Assembly: GCA_013265495.1 (NCBI GenBank)
Contig: MU058289.1
Span: forward strand, 1,981,451 to 2,045,450
Source of the DNA: Vicugna vicugna
Lineage: Eukaryota
Length of the DNA stretch: 64,000 bases
Direction: 5' to 3'
The notes under the pieces are model-generated. The model did no database searches, was not told the origin of the DNA, and worked only from the letters and a program-made list of their open reading frames with translations. Below, piece by piece: positions 50,421 through 63,988 of the stretch (the first letter of the stretch is position 1; every line of letters starts with the position of its first letter). The position numbers were made by a program, and so were the translations under genes.

Positions 50421-53049
50421 AAAATGGAGAGTGACAATGAGCCTGACGCTAGGAGGGTGGGATGGAGCATTATTTGGCATCAGGTTTCAATGCTGACAAC
50501 TCTAATTTAGTTCAAATAAATGTCACTCACCAGGGCCAGCTCTGGCCTTAGGTTGCCAGGGACAAGGTGTCTTGCTCTCAGTCACCAGAAGCAAGAAGCA
50601 CTGATTTCCCAGAAACGCACGTCCTTCAGGGTATGAGTTAAGAATGCTAAGACCCAGGCCTCTGGGAGGGCAGCTGTCTGCGCCCCTAGCCCCTTGCCTG
50701 CAAACACTTTCTGACCTCCCAAAAGATGGCTTTTGAGATACAATTTTGCTTCTTGGTGTCAACCCGCCGAGACACAGGCTTCCCTACTGCCGGTAGCCGA
50801 GGCTGCACTTGTGGCCAGCAGGCGCAGACCAGAGCTCCAGATCACAGATGACAGGAAGTTCCGTAAAGGGTAAAAGTCACAACTTTTTCCCATGACCAAT
50901 TTGTAAGTCTCATCTTCTGCCACAGTGATTTACCGACCGTACGGTCACACATCCTCCAGCCGGAAAGAAATGAGACGGCATCTCCCGTGTCCTCTGCCAC
51001 CTGAGCTAATGTGTCCCCGGCTGTCTGAGCCCAAGGGTTTCCTCTGCTTTTGGGCAGCCTTTTCCCAGGAGGGAGGGAACACAGCTGCTCTGGAGTCAGA
51101 CGAGACTTGGCGAAGACTCCAAAGACAGTGCCAGGGAGCCTACTGTTACCACACTGTTGCCACGCAGGCTGCCTGCCCCCAGCAAACTTCCTGAGACTCC
51201 CAGACACCCAGACATAGTCACCACATACACATCCAGACAACTATCCTCCATTTATTTTTTATTTCTCACTGTCCCATGTCAGAGCTGTGCTGATCTCCTT
51301 GGGTCGGCACTACATGAACCTCCTGTTTATAACTCATTACCTTCTGATTAGCTGAAAGGCTGGGTACTTGTTTCACAGTGTTATCTAACTGCCATAGTTA
51401 CTCACAAAGGAGCTGCAATAATCCTTTGTCCACTTTCCCTGCCCATAGGCTTCCTCCCTGCTCCACCTTTCTCCATTGTAGCTGCCACGCACAGATAAAT
51501 CAGGGAGGTGCGGCAGGTATCGCTAAAATAGAAGTCTCAGACTCCAGGTCGGGCAGCAGGCAGGAGATGGGGCACCTCAACTCCCCATAAGTAAACTAAC
51601 AGCCCCCATAAGACTCCAGTGCCCACCACAGGTGTCTTTAACCAGATGCATCAGCAAACAACGATAAAAGCTCTAAGCTCTCATCTCTTCGATCAGCAAA
51701 ACCGCAAAAAGCCTATCAGGCCACCACTGGTACGAACCAGAGGAAAGAGCAGAGAAGGAGCCTGACAATGTTTCCAGTCAAGAGGATCTGACATTCCTCC
51801 TTTTAATTGAATTGAAGGGGAATTCTGAGACAAGCCCACCAGGCACACTTTCTGAACAACCACAGGGTGAAAAAGTAGTTACCAAACTTTCCCAGACTTA
51901 TTAGCTTACATAAACAGAGATTTGAATAAATGTTTAAAAAAATGAAATTCCCTTGATACTCTGTAATCAGTAAATGTTCATTACGGAAACACAGCAAATA
52001 TGCGTGAAATTTCCCAAGTGGTATTCTGGCTACAAGATTAAAAAAGCATCTCAAATAGCAGGCTGAGTTACAAAGCATCCTCCTCTGGTCACAGTCCAGG
52101 AAAGCCCTGCCCAGCCCAGGAGGTCAGACAAAGCTGCTCCTCACCCGGCCGGAGTCAGGAAAAATCAGAAGACGCTCCTCTCACCCACTCAGGCAATTTA
52201 GAAGTGAGCCCTGGCACTGGCTGATTGATGTCTCTCTATAAATAATTAATCCTTGACCTTGCTTTAAGAAAGACTTGACTTTTTAATTTGGGGTCTTTTT
52301 AAAAATCAATATTGGGGGAACATAATTCACTCTTGTGGAGTCTGATTCCAGGTAAATAAATAAATAAGCTATGCCTCCCCTGATTCCCAGGGTAAATGGG
52401 CCAGGCAATAGATGGGGTCAGACTCAGAGGTTTTCTGTCTTCAACTGCTATTGGATTATCGATCATCCTACGTGGCTCAACTCTCTTTAGGGTCTGAATT
52501 TTATCCCCACTGTGGGTTACTTCACAGAGGCAGATCTGATGAAGTCTCCAGGATGTGCTTCCACACCCCCCAGAATCTCCCCGGAACCTGTCCTGCTGTA
52601 TGTAGCAGGCTGTCTGAATGAAAATAGGGCCTCCTCCAGGGACCAGAGGGTCACCCTTTCTGATAGCCTGTCTCCCTTGCCTTTGGGACAGGGGCAGAGA
52701 ATGGGCAGAAGAAGCCATGACAATTGAGAAATTTTAAAGAGGACTCTTAAAGGCCACTCTTGCCTCAGAGGCCACACTGCTCTAAGGCAGGACTTAGGAA
52801 AAGTTCTCCATCCCATGAGCAAGGGTCAAGGTGAACTTAGATGTGAGAGGTTAGCCAAAGAGAGTGGGCTTAGTAGTGCAGCTTGTAAGCAGCCCAGGGA
52901 TGGGGAAGGGGCTAGTTTGCCGCTTACCCCTCTGCAACACCCCCGCCCCTCCTCCTCATCCCCAACACTGGTCCCCTAACTCACCGGCCTCTCCTTCAGG
53001 CTCTGCTGCCAGGCCAGATGCCGGCCAAGCAGATATAGAGGGCCCAGCC

Positions 53050-55230
53050 GGCTCCCTTTAGTGTAGCCAGTTCCGGCTCAGGCTTCAGCTGGGAGGGGGC
53101 CCAAGGACCCGGGGTCCACTGCGATACCGGAGACTATAGAGGGCCAGGGAGTCCTAAGATTGGCCCCCAATAACCGGCTGGGACAGACAGCCGGGCAACG
53201 AGTGCCCAGGGCGCTGCACCGATGCCGAGTCCACTCCTGGTCGGGGTCTCTGGGCCTGGAGCCCGGATGTACCGCGAAAGTTAGGGCGGCGGGAGTCCCG
53301 CGCGGAGGAAGAGAGAGGGGTCACTTCTGACCCAAGCGCCAGCACTGGCACTGTCAAACCCCGGAAATTCGCCTTCCCCTGGCTGGGTTTGCCTCTGCGA
53401 GGCCACAGTTGATGTGCAGAACTAGCAGCCAGCAGCTGGAGTCGCAGCCGCCGCCAGAGCTCGGCTGCGTCCCACGGCAAAGCGTATCTTTTCCCCTTCC
53501 TCTGGAGCCGCCCGAGACTCCGACGCCTGCACTCCTGGACACACGCACGCACGCACCTTCACACGATCACTGACGCACACACACTCTTCTCGAGTTCAAA
53601 ACAGGCGGGTGCCCGGGAGAGGCGCGGGATGGGGATGAATGCGATGGAGTGGGAAGGCACCTTCCGCCGTTCGGGAGGAAGCCAAGAAGGCAGCCTCGAA
53701 CTCTTTACCTCGCCCCTGCCCGCCACTACCGGTCCCCGAGTCCCAGTCCCGAGCGCGCGGGAAAGCCCTAAGCGCCTCGGGGACGCCAGCCCCGCCCTTT
53801 CGGAGACGGACGCTGCCTCCCCGTGCCCAGCATCTACAGCGGGAAAGAGGAGCGGAGGATCCGCAGGGACCTAGAGAGCCCAAGGGGTGGCAGTTCACAG
53901 ACGCGCGGCGACGAGTGAAATCCAAGAAGCAAAAGTCTAATTAAAGTTCCCGCTACTGGAGCCAGTCCCCAAAGTGCAGCCAGACCGGAACCCCACGCGC
54001 CCTATCTCCGCCACTGCTTCGGACTCTTATCCGCGTCGGTTCGCAGGGCTGGGGCGCAGTGCAGTCCCAGATCCTCCCGGGACCTTTCGGGGCGCCGCTC
54101 CCGGCGGGAGCTGGCATAGGGCGGGGACAGGAGTGGGGCCGGGGTGCAGCGCACTTACCTGGCGTAGCCGGCTCTCGCGGGGCCGCGGACGCCTCCAGCC
54201 GGGGCGCGGTCCTCCACGCCGAATCCTCCGTTCCGGGGCGCCCGGGCTGCAGGGAGGACCTCCGCCCCAGCTCGGGCCCGGTGCCTCCTCCAGCTCCGAG
54301 CGGAGCCCCGTGAGGTCTGTCAGGCGAGACGCGTGGGGCCGGCGGCCGGAGCGCGCAGGAGAGGGAGAGGGCGCGGTGGCGTGTTCCTCCTCGGTCACTG
54401 GCCCCCGTCCATCCCCCTCCCACCTCCAGCCTCCCGCCGCCGCCGTCTCCCTTCTCCTCACAGAGCAGCCAGATCGGCTCTCGCACAGGGAGGGCTCCCA
54501 GCGAAGTGCGAGCTGAGCCTCCGGCGAGGCTGGAAATAGCGCCGCGCCCGCCCGGCGCCCCGCCCCCGGCCTGGGCCCCGCCCCGCGGTGGTGGAGGCTA
54601 CGGCGGTGGCCGGGCCGGGAGAGGATCGCTCCTGCGACCTGCTCGGCCCTCCCGGGAGCTCATCCGAGCCGCGCCCACGCGCGCTCTGCGACTCCGGCGG
54701 CCCCAGGGGCCCCGCGCTCGCAGTGAAACGCCGCTGGGCGCGGTCCGGCGGCCACGGGGATGGGACTGGGGATGCCGGGGGTGGCGCCCGTCTCCTGGGT
54801 TCCCTGAGAGCCGGACTCCCGACTGCCACTTGGCTCCAGACCGCAGCCAGAGTGCTGCCACTGCCTCGGTGGGTCGCAGGCCGGCGCCGACCCGGGCAAA
54901 GGACGAGGCGTCACCGGAGCGGGCCGTGACCACCGCTGGGCAGGAGGGCGCGCCTGTGACCCGACGCGGCGGGGGCGTGGGGCGGGCGAAAAGCAGAGGA
55001 TTGATCCCAGGAAGACTCCGTGAGATCCCTTGGCTACAGCCTCGGTGGAATTCGGTCAAGGTCTTGGGCGGCATCGAGCCCTAGTGTCCGGACCGATCCC
55101 CAAATTCCTGGGGCTCTGGAAGTGCCCCATGACCCAGGCTCTCCTTGAAGTTCCTGTTGGGTCACGGGCCTGAGAGCAAGGAGGGGTTGTGAACGAGGTC
55201 ACCGTGGGTCAACCAACCCCTCCGCATAAA
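53050..55230. promoter_or_regulatory. CpG island promoter
   Basis: Very high GC and CpG density relative to CpG-depleted flanks; GC boxes (cccgccc ~54547, ccccgcccc ~54558 and ~54576, ggggcggg ~54979). Confidence 0.92.
54159..54540 (-). other. Probable non-coding first exon of a minus-strand gene
   Basis: Consensus donor CAG|GTAAGT (plus strand acttacctg, 54153-54161) downstream of GC boxes; the only ATG opens a 5-codon uORF; TSS position is a guess. Confidence 0.6.
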
Positions 55231-55544
55231 CACCCTCAACAACAGAGTGGGCACGTCACAGATCCACAGCTACACAGCGCCAGGGCAGAGCAGGGACATA
55301 AAGGGGGTGGGTGAGATGCTCTGATTCGGTTCCTCGTTATTCCTGAGAAGAGGCAGCCCCACCTGCAGGGGGCAAGCAGGTGCCCGGAAGGAAGGCAGTC
55401 TGGCTTTTCACAGGAACGATATGAAACTAAATCATCCACCTCTTCTTGAAGGGCCACTCAGTATTTTAAAAAACCTATAGAGAAACGTTTAGTAAAATAA
55501 AGCGAAAGGTGTTCACCCTCCTTTCATTTTATCTGCTGATAAAG

Positions 55545-55750
55545 TATCATGATCTCCCTTAGTTCCTGCAACAACAAAGCGGGCATTATCATTATGCCTG
55601 TTTTATGGATGAGTTACAAGGTTACCCCAAGCATGCAAGTGACGAGCCACCAAGCCACCAAGTTGCTGGAGTCCACACATCTGAAGGATGGCAGAGCCAG
55701 GATTGATTCCACAGCTGTATGGGTTTGGGACTGGGGTTCCTTCTCCAAGA
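55545..55750 (-). mobile_element. Degenerate MIR
   Basis: attatgcctgttttatggatgag...ggcagagccaggattga. Confidence 0.55.
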
Positions 55751-58700
55751 CTCTGAGCTCAAGCATTGTCAGATCCAGGGCGCTAGGCCCAGCCTCGCTC
55801 TATTGGCTGCGTGTTACTTGTGTAGAGGGGTGGATTGGGGGGAAGGATATGTAGACGGACGAAATTGTCCTCCTCCATCTCAGTCAGGTGCATATTAGAC
55901 AAGCCTGAATATAAGGGAAAAGGACTCAAGTGTCAGAAAGAGCAGGACAGTGGCATCCTTATCCATCCTGTGACCAAAAGCTGTCAGAGCAGAGCAGAAG
56001 GAAAGAAGATGGCAGACAAAGAAGGGGTGGGGGTGCTGGCGGTGAGGTGAGCAGAAAGCTACTTGCCTGAGGAGCCCAGGATGCCCTGACCCTGTCCCTG
56101 CCCCCGCGCCCTCTCATCCCTACACCTCCGACCCCCTCTCACCACCTGGGGTCCTCACCACCTGGGGTCCTCGCCGCTGGTTGGCTGGGCAGTGGGGCTG
56201 ATTGCTGAAGAAGCCCAGTGGTGAAGGGAACCTCTTCAGTACTGTGCACACACACGGGGGCACACAGGCACACTCACTGGGCAGTGGGGAAAGGGTGGGA
56301 AGAGGAGTTCCCAGCCCCGCAGCCAGGAGGAGGCTCTCCACCACAAGAGCTTCCACGGGATGAGTCTATACAGGCTGTATGTCTGCAGGATGAGTCTACA
56401 CAGGCTTCACTGAGGCCAGGCTAGCAGCGAGTGTGGCTGCCCTGTGCATCTGTGTGCAGTGATCCTGCTGGGAAGGACGGTTTTTCCATTAGCTTTTCCA
56501 ACTGTACTTATTAGCACTTATTTGCATCTAATATTCAGGCAGACCCTCTAGGAATCAACAGCGCTGCATTCCTTTGACATATGCTACATGTACAATTTTT
56601 CGCTCAGACTTCCTTCTTGTTTTGAGAAGCCCCTGGGGAAAGCCCTGAAGGGGGCCTGAAGTCCCTGGCACCAGCAGACACTGAGTTTTCCTCCTTGGGA
56701 TTTGCCCAGGGCTGCGTGCCCTTTTTTGAAAGTCAGACTCGGTCTCTGCAGCGAGGAAGGCGGAGAAACGCTGCAAATCCCAGGCATGAAGCCCTGTGCT
56801 CGCTTACAGTTTTTGATATGTGTGTCTCCCCTGAAAGATTAGTGGCAAACTTGTCCCTCTGCAACCCAATGAAGGCAAAAAGACATTTGCATTGGATGGC
56901 CCATGAGTCCATATCCCAGGCCCCAGGAGAAGTAACGGAGATTCAGAAGGCACTCTGTTTGCTGCCAAGGGGGTGGATGCAGGAGGGGACTGGACCAGGT
57001 TTGGCTGAGGATGGCAGGCAAACCACTCCTCCCTGCTGGGCCCCAGACCATTCCCTGGATGGAAGATTCTTGCTGCCTTTGGGCAGAGAGCTGAAGGCAG
57101 CATGGGGCCGGGTAGGGGGAGGGGGGAGAGGGGAGGGTTGTGCAAAGCACCTTGTATTTGATGAAAGGCATGTAAACCCAGTGGTATGACTGACTCCTAA
57201 GTCCTAAACCTTCCATTCTGTTGCAATGAGCAGAACCCGGGCACTGTTCCTGGGAGGGGAATGGGAGCCATCTGGAATGGCAGGTCTGTCTCCCTTATTC
57301 CATGGGAGAAAAAAAAGAATGATGGGATGGATCAAAGGGTCTATCTCAGCTCTCAAAGGGCTGGCTGGGTGGTCTTAAGCACGTCCGTCACCTAGCCCTC
57401 CCTAGCCTGTGTCCCCCATCACTTGCAAAACGGGAACAATAAACTCTGCCCTGCTCGGGCAGCAGGGATTCCCGGGTGAGGTGAAGGGTGTGAAAGCATT
57501 TTGGAAAGTAGGTCTGTTCTGAGTCACGCTCAGATCAGCCACTTCAAGGCTTAGGTGTCCAGCATCTGGCTGTGTACTGGCTTCTGAAATATCATGATCC
57601 CAAGGTTTCCCAAAGTCAGTTAAACACACTGTGACATGCTGATCCAAGCACCGTTCAGATGGAAGATTCTTCCCAGCCTCTTCTGCTGTGGCCCTGCTGT
57701 GGGTTGGTGGCCAAGCCTTCCCCGCCATTTGAACAGGGATGGGAGTGCAGCCCAGGTCTCTGAGGCCCCTCCAGGCCTGAGCTGTGATTTCATGATTCCT
57801 AAAATTTCCTCATCTGGAAAGGAAGCCCAGAGCTTCCTTTGGGCACTTGGGAACTTACCAAATGAACGTCCCTCCCCTGCCCTCTTCCTCTACTCCTCAT
57901 GATCCTTCTTCTTTCCTGTCCCCCGTGGGTTTCTGAGGAGCTGGATGGAATGGGTGGCTTTGCTTCCTTCTGTGTTGAGTTGCCTGAAATTTCCTGAATG
58001 CCAGTGTGCTTGTGGGAGAGTTGGCTACATTAGCAACGTTGCTGGGGTTCCAGGCACCCTCGCATCCCACACACCTGTTATAATTTCTGAAATTTCACCA
58101 TCATAAGAACAGTTCCTTTTTAAAGACCAGATTTCTGGGACAGGCCAAGGTGATACCAGTGTCTGTCTTTAATGTGACGAGACTTGGGGAACAAATAGGG
58201 TCTTCTGGGTAGCACATGTCAGAAACGGACTGTGGCTAATGAGTAAAAAGGGGGGGCTTCTTTAAAGGACACTGGGGGTCTCAGAGCAGAGGGGGAGCCT
58301 AGCATCCAGGAAGGAGTAGGGGAGAAATCAGGGCAGCAGGGTAGAATACCCTTGGAGTCTCCAGGAAGGGACACCCTGCCCCAATCTAAGACCTGCAGGT
58401 CTGCAGATGGGCTTTTGTTGACTCCAGAGTCCAAGAAGGAACCAGATCCAAGTCCAGCCCATCCATGCAAACTAGGCCTGGAGCCAGCCGAGTTTCTCGG
58501 TTGAGGTCTTGCCAATTTCAAGTTCATTTTGATGCTTCTTAATTAAAAATAAAAACAAAAACCAAACACTCCTGAGTTAGTCAGCTGCTGGTCACTCCTT
58601 CAGTTCCCATGAATCCTTGAGCCCCAGCGTCCTCTGGCGGTCTGCCTACGGTGAAGAGAAGACACTGTCTAAGGTGGGGGCTTGTCTGCAGGAGAAGATC

Positions 58701-61700
58701 CAATAGACCCTGAACATAAACGGTAGAGATTTTTCTTTTTACTTTGGGGTAAAGAGTGTAAAGCTCTAGAATATCTATATGTCACAATTCAGTAAATGCT
58801 ATTTAATTTGGACCAAACCAATTCAGCTTTCATGTCATGCAGAGTTGGGCTGAAGTTTACTCTTTCGCTGTCCGTCAAAGACAGTGGGAATAGGCTGGTG
58901 GAGGGGCTTGTCTCCCCTGCCTCAGAGAGTAAATGGGTTTTGATTTCTTCTTGCCGCTGTCGTGTTTCTGTGCATCTATCTGCATCCAGATACAAACAAG
59001 CTCATTGTGAAGAGTCCCCTCTATTCAATCAAGTTCACTGGCTGACCTTCTTGGTGGGGGGGGGGGCTATGTGTTATTAGTAATTAACTGAGGTGACTGT
59101 TAATACGAGGAAATTACTGTATGACATAAATAAATGGCACTTCTTTTTCAACAATCCCTAATTGGGAGAGCTTGCTGATTCTCTAGGACTCCCTCTGGCT
59201 TATTCCAATTCAGCTTGGTCCAGGGCTCTGTGGGGTCTGAGAAAGGCAGCGGGATCTCTGAGGGCAGCATCTCTTTAGCCTCAGCAGCCCATATGCTCTT
59301 ACCAAGGGTCAGAAATCATCTCTTTCCATTGTGGGGTAAGGAAGTGGAGCTTAAGTATCTTCTGAATTCCTGAGATAGCTAAAAGCAGTTTTTATAACCA
59401 CCAACTTGAATGCTGTTCCAAATTTAATGCTTAGTATTAAGAATCAGGTTTGGAGATTTTTGAAGAGAAAGGATTGCTTTGAACTGAACACAGTATTTCC
59501 ACAGGAACACTCCAGAAACATTTATCAGGTGCCACTGAGGGCATGCCATGAGGTTAAGGAGGTACACCCTGAGACTTCCCTGACGGGGGAGGTTTATCAT
59601 CAGATGAGCTAGAAATGTGACACAAAGAGGACTCAGAAGGGGCAATTTCTTAGCCAGGCTAGGAGAATCACATTCTGGAGGAGCAGATCTGTGTCTACGC
59701 CCTCAGAGCTGGAAAGCAAGAAGGTCATGAATTTCAGTAGTGATGTTTGTTTGAGGATAGACACTCCAAAAATCTCCCAGATGCAGTGGGTTAATCTCAA
59801 GGTTTTCTCAGACCCTTTGGGCACAGGCAGGTTGTGCCATGAGCCATGTGGGCGGCCACAGCAGAGATGGAAACACGGCGGCAGGTACTGCCCTTCTTCT
59901 CCAGGCAGTCTTGAGCAAGTGGTATTTTCACAGTGTGCCTGGAGCCCACACAACGCCTGGCGGTAAGCATTTTTCCACCGGGACTGAAAACAAAATCTTG
60001 GTGGATGACGCATCGAAGGAAACAGATCGGGAGATGCCGTCAATCAGGCAGCGTGCCTCCCCAGTGGGACATCTAAGGCCAGCAGATCAGGAATGCCTGT
60101 CCCCAGTCCAGCACCCAAGCTGGGTCCCTGACCCGCATCCTCTGCCATTCGGTCTTCTGTGGGAGGATACCTCAACAGGAAACACCCGAGGTAGCCTTGG
60201 AGGGAAGGACGTGAACCCTTCTCCTGCAGGTTCCCTGTGAAGGAGAACCTAGAAAAGCCTGAGCGGGTTTGGCCCCTCAGACCCTCCAAGGTTTTCCAGA
60301 TTGGAAGCAGGTCCTGCTAAAACTTACTGTCAGCCCTTCCTATGCCATGCCCCAGCATGTTGCTGAGAACCAGCCAGCCACCCAGGAAACTCTCCTCCCA
60401 GCCTTGCAAAGCCATCCCCCAGCACAGAGAACGTGCCAAGGTCACCAGGCTTTGGAAGCAGATGACATGACCTGCAGAAGGTTTGCGGGGGAAGAGACAT
60501 CTCCAGCTTCCCGGGATTCCTGGGTGCAGGAGTGTTCTGCAGGGAAACCCTTGGATACCTGGAGAAATTAAACCCTGTCACTGAAAATAGAAGGCAGTGG
60601 TGGCAGAAGCTCAAATAAGCAACTGCCACTTGATTGCCGAGTTCTCCCAGATCCCAAGAAACTTCGTCCTGCAGGCAGAGCCTGAGATGCTCTGGAGTTC
60701 AGAGCGCTGCCCAGTGGCGTCCTGTCAGTAGCTATGGAAACAGTGAGCCGTTGCCTCTCTGTCGGCTTTTGTGCCAGAGACATCTTGCTGTCAGTAGTGT
60801 TTAAAGTTAGCTTTAAAAAAACAAGACAACCCAAATCTCCTCTTTTGACACCACGCAAGGGGTCCTGTGGCATGGAGGCAGCCCTGCAGTTCCCAGCATG
60901 GAGCCTGTCATACTCTGTCCCCCATCTCTGTCCTCAGACAGGGCTTCCTAGCTGCTTGCTTTTAGCAGTGATGTCTTGGTCTCAAATGAGTCCACCTTTG
61001 TGCCTGTTCCAGCCTTGCTGCCTTGTCCCGAGATTCAGAGGTATGGGACATGAGCCCAGCTCAGCCCTGGGGAAAGGTGTGCTGAGACGATGCACTCACT
61101 GGAGGTGAGCACCAAGGTGAAGTCTACCCACTTCTACAGTGTCTGGCTGCTTGCCTTTATGCACAGACTGCCCAGCCCGGCCTTCACTCAAGGACTGCTA
61201 GGGACAGGATGAGGGGAGGCAAAGGGGAGAACAGCTCACAGTCAAGGAGGAAGGTAGATGGACAGACTGAAATACAAGGCAGATTATGATGGAATCATGG
61301 GAGAGGTGGCTGCGTTGCCTTCCCCGAGGCATCAGGGAGGGTTTATTGGAGGAAGTGGCATTTGACTTGACCTAATCTCACCTGCCTGTTCTTACTCATA
61401 AGAGTCACAGCCACAGAGAACCAGGGGGACAATAATTCAATGTATATTTGGTTCAACACCAAGAATACTCTGGCATCTATAGATAAAGGAGTCTCATTTC
61501 CACGCCCAGAAAAAAGTCAACTCTACACTTAGAAGGTAGGATTGCTGAATTCTGGAAAACAAGTCTAGCATTTAGAAAAAATGTAAAGGGGAAACAGCTA
61601 ATCAACCAGGGCCTTTTGAGGAAGTAAAGGGGGCATAGACAAGGAAAAACAAACATTCCATTTGTGTAGAATAAAAGATGTCTCACCAAAGGCTATTAAA

Positions 61701-62225
61701 ATATTAAGCCAACATCATTCTATTTTTGACAGTCATAAGCAGGTTATACCACATGAGGGATGTTTGAAACAGGCAAGGCTCCTGGAACACAGCTTAGTCT
61801 CCATTTTGGGATTTTTCCCCCCAAAGCCGACCCAAGACAAGCATTTGGGCTTGGGTAGTTTCTCTGAGAGTGACTCCAGGAAGCCCAAGTCAGGCCAGCA
61901 AGCTTTGGTGGCACCAGAGAAAGCTCTCGAGAGAGGAGAGAGATGCAGGAGCTTGAGGTTGGAACCGTCTCCTGGGTTGAACTCAGATGGGCTGAGGGAT
62001 CAGCAGGGTCTGCTGCAATGTCATAGTCAGCACAAGACACTCTACACAAATGACTGTTTACATGGCTCTTCTCCTCTGGTTCGACTGTGCTAAAGAAGCA
62101 TCACTCAGTGATGTTAAAGTGCCAATGTTAAAAGTTCTCCCTGTGCTATTTTTGAGAAGATGGCAGCAGTCCTAGTAGTATATTTTTGAATATCCTTGAA
62201 TCTTCTAATGAAAACAGACAGACCA

Positions 62226-62310
62226 GGGAGGGAAGTAGCTCAGTGGTAGAGCACATGGTTAGCATGCATGAGGCCCTGGGTTCCATCCCCAGTACCTCCA
62301 TTAAAAAATG
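62226..62310 (+). mobile_element. Camelid tRNA-derived SINE (short form)
   Basis: tagctcagtggtagagcacatggttagcatgcatgaggccctgggttccatccccagtacctccattaaaaaa; imperfect TSD (aaaacagacagaccag / aaacaggcagacg). Confidence 0.9.
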
Positions 62311-62779
62311 AAAAACAAACAGGCAGACGAACCAGATAGGCAGACCAAAAACCTGTGGGAAACGTTCTCAATAAAACTAGTGGGCAATGTATTCCTCCAA
62401 ACATCAAAATACTAGCAAGGGGGAAAAAAAAACAGGGTGTTTGTCATGCCTGAGAGCAGGAACACCCTCAAAACAGCCAGCAGGTATTCTCTGGGAAGCA
62501 CAGAGATCCCCTTTTAGAGCAGTGGCTGGAGCTGGGAGGCACTTGCCCCCTCCAACAGCATGTAAGTGCAAAGGGCATCAGGTAAGATGATTTAAAGGGG
62601 ATGGAGCAGCCCAGGTCCTGCGAATTTCCTGAAACTGACCAGCCAGGTCTCCCTTCCAGGACAGGGCTCCCACACAGAGGAGACACTGCTGAATGAGGAA
62701 TCAGAATTGAACAGATCAGGGACAAAAGAGTGGAAGGAAACAGAAGATCCAGATACAAGTGGAGACATGTTTGTAAGAG

Positions 62780-63530
62780 CCAGAATCTTGGAAATCAAAC
62801 TGCCAGATCTTTTAATCGCATGAAATGAAACAGGGAGCTTTGTGAAGTTAGAAAAGCTATCTTGAACTAAGCCGCCTTCTAAAAGTTCAGAAAAATTAAT
62901 CTCATCTTTACAGAAATGAGCGGAAGAAAAGGATCAAGGTCATATCCCACACAAAATAAGAAAAAGGAGAAAAAGGAGTAGAATACCATCTCTACAGATA
63001 ATAAAAAGCGTTCAGAAAGACATGCCTACAAAACAAATAAAAAGCAATAAGCTACTATTCCCCCCTCCAAAAGCTATAAGAAATTAAGGGAGCAGTATAA
63101 CAAACAACACAAATCAGAAATTAAAAAAACTCGGAAATGAAATGACAGACTCAGGGAGGCATTCGGCTTAAAAGAAAAAAAAAATTCAGAAATTAAGACT
63201 AAATCATAAAGAATCCAGGACTGAATAAACATTACAGATAATGCCTTCGAAGAAATAGGAGATGGGAAAAATGGAAAATATTAAAAAGCACAAAGAAATG
63301 ATCATGATACAAAAGATTCAAGAGAGAGTGACAAATGTTGAAGCCACGTAAAGATGACTCGACATACAGAGAATAGGACTCCCTGAAGAACAAAAACAAA
63401 AGTAGGGATCAGAACAAATATTAGAAGCTATAATTCAAGAAAACCTTTCAGAAATAAGAAAGGGTTGAAACTACAATTGAACAGTCACACCACATTCCTG
63501 AGAATATGGACCCAGAATGGCCAACATATA

Positions 63531-63571
<41 letters not shown>

Positions 63572-63850
63572 TATGTATATAAATATATAAAATATATATA
63601 AATAAGTTTATATATATACTTATTTATATAATTTTAGTAAAATAATGAAACTTTAAAGAAAAATAAAATTCCTTTGAGTAAGCAAAAATAGCATATGATT
63701 TGTAAGGGACAGAAAACTGGACTATCGTCCACTTTTTTACTGTAACACTTGTGCCACAAGAAAATTAAGTAAGTACTGTACTGAAGATACTCAAGAAAAC
63801 TTCATACTGACCAAGAATCTGGAGAATTGACTTTTACATATAAAGGGAAC
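62780..63850 (+). mobile_element. Old L1/HAL1 ORF1 relic with (TA)n at ~63530-63630
   Basis: aataggactccctgaagaa...tataattcaagaaaacctttcagaaata...acccagaatggccaaca. Confidence 0.65.
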
Positions 63851-63851
63851 A

Positions 63852-63988
63852 GGGGGAGGGCATAGCTCAGCGGTAGAGTGTGTGCTTCGCATGCACAAGA
63901 TCCTGGGTTCAATCCTCACTACCTCCATTAAAATAAATAAATAAACCTGATTACTTCCCAATCTAAAAAAAAATATTGAAAAAAAAAG
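63852..63988 (+). mobile_element. Camelid tRNA-derived SINE
   Basis: ggggagggcatagctcagcggtagag...gggttcaatcc...(AAAT)n...A tail; imperfect TSD ataaagggaac / ataaaggatac. Confidence 0.9.

Noticed and set aside
54159..54540. Naming the host gene
   Set aside because: No coding exon in the window and I do not reliably recognise the 5'UTR; needs an alignment search
53154..55084. Many overlapping ORFs in the CpG island
   Set aside because: Stop-codon scarcity at high GC; mostly non-ATG starts; low-complexity P/R/G/A translations
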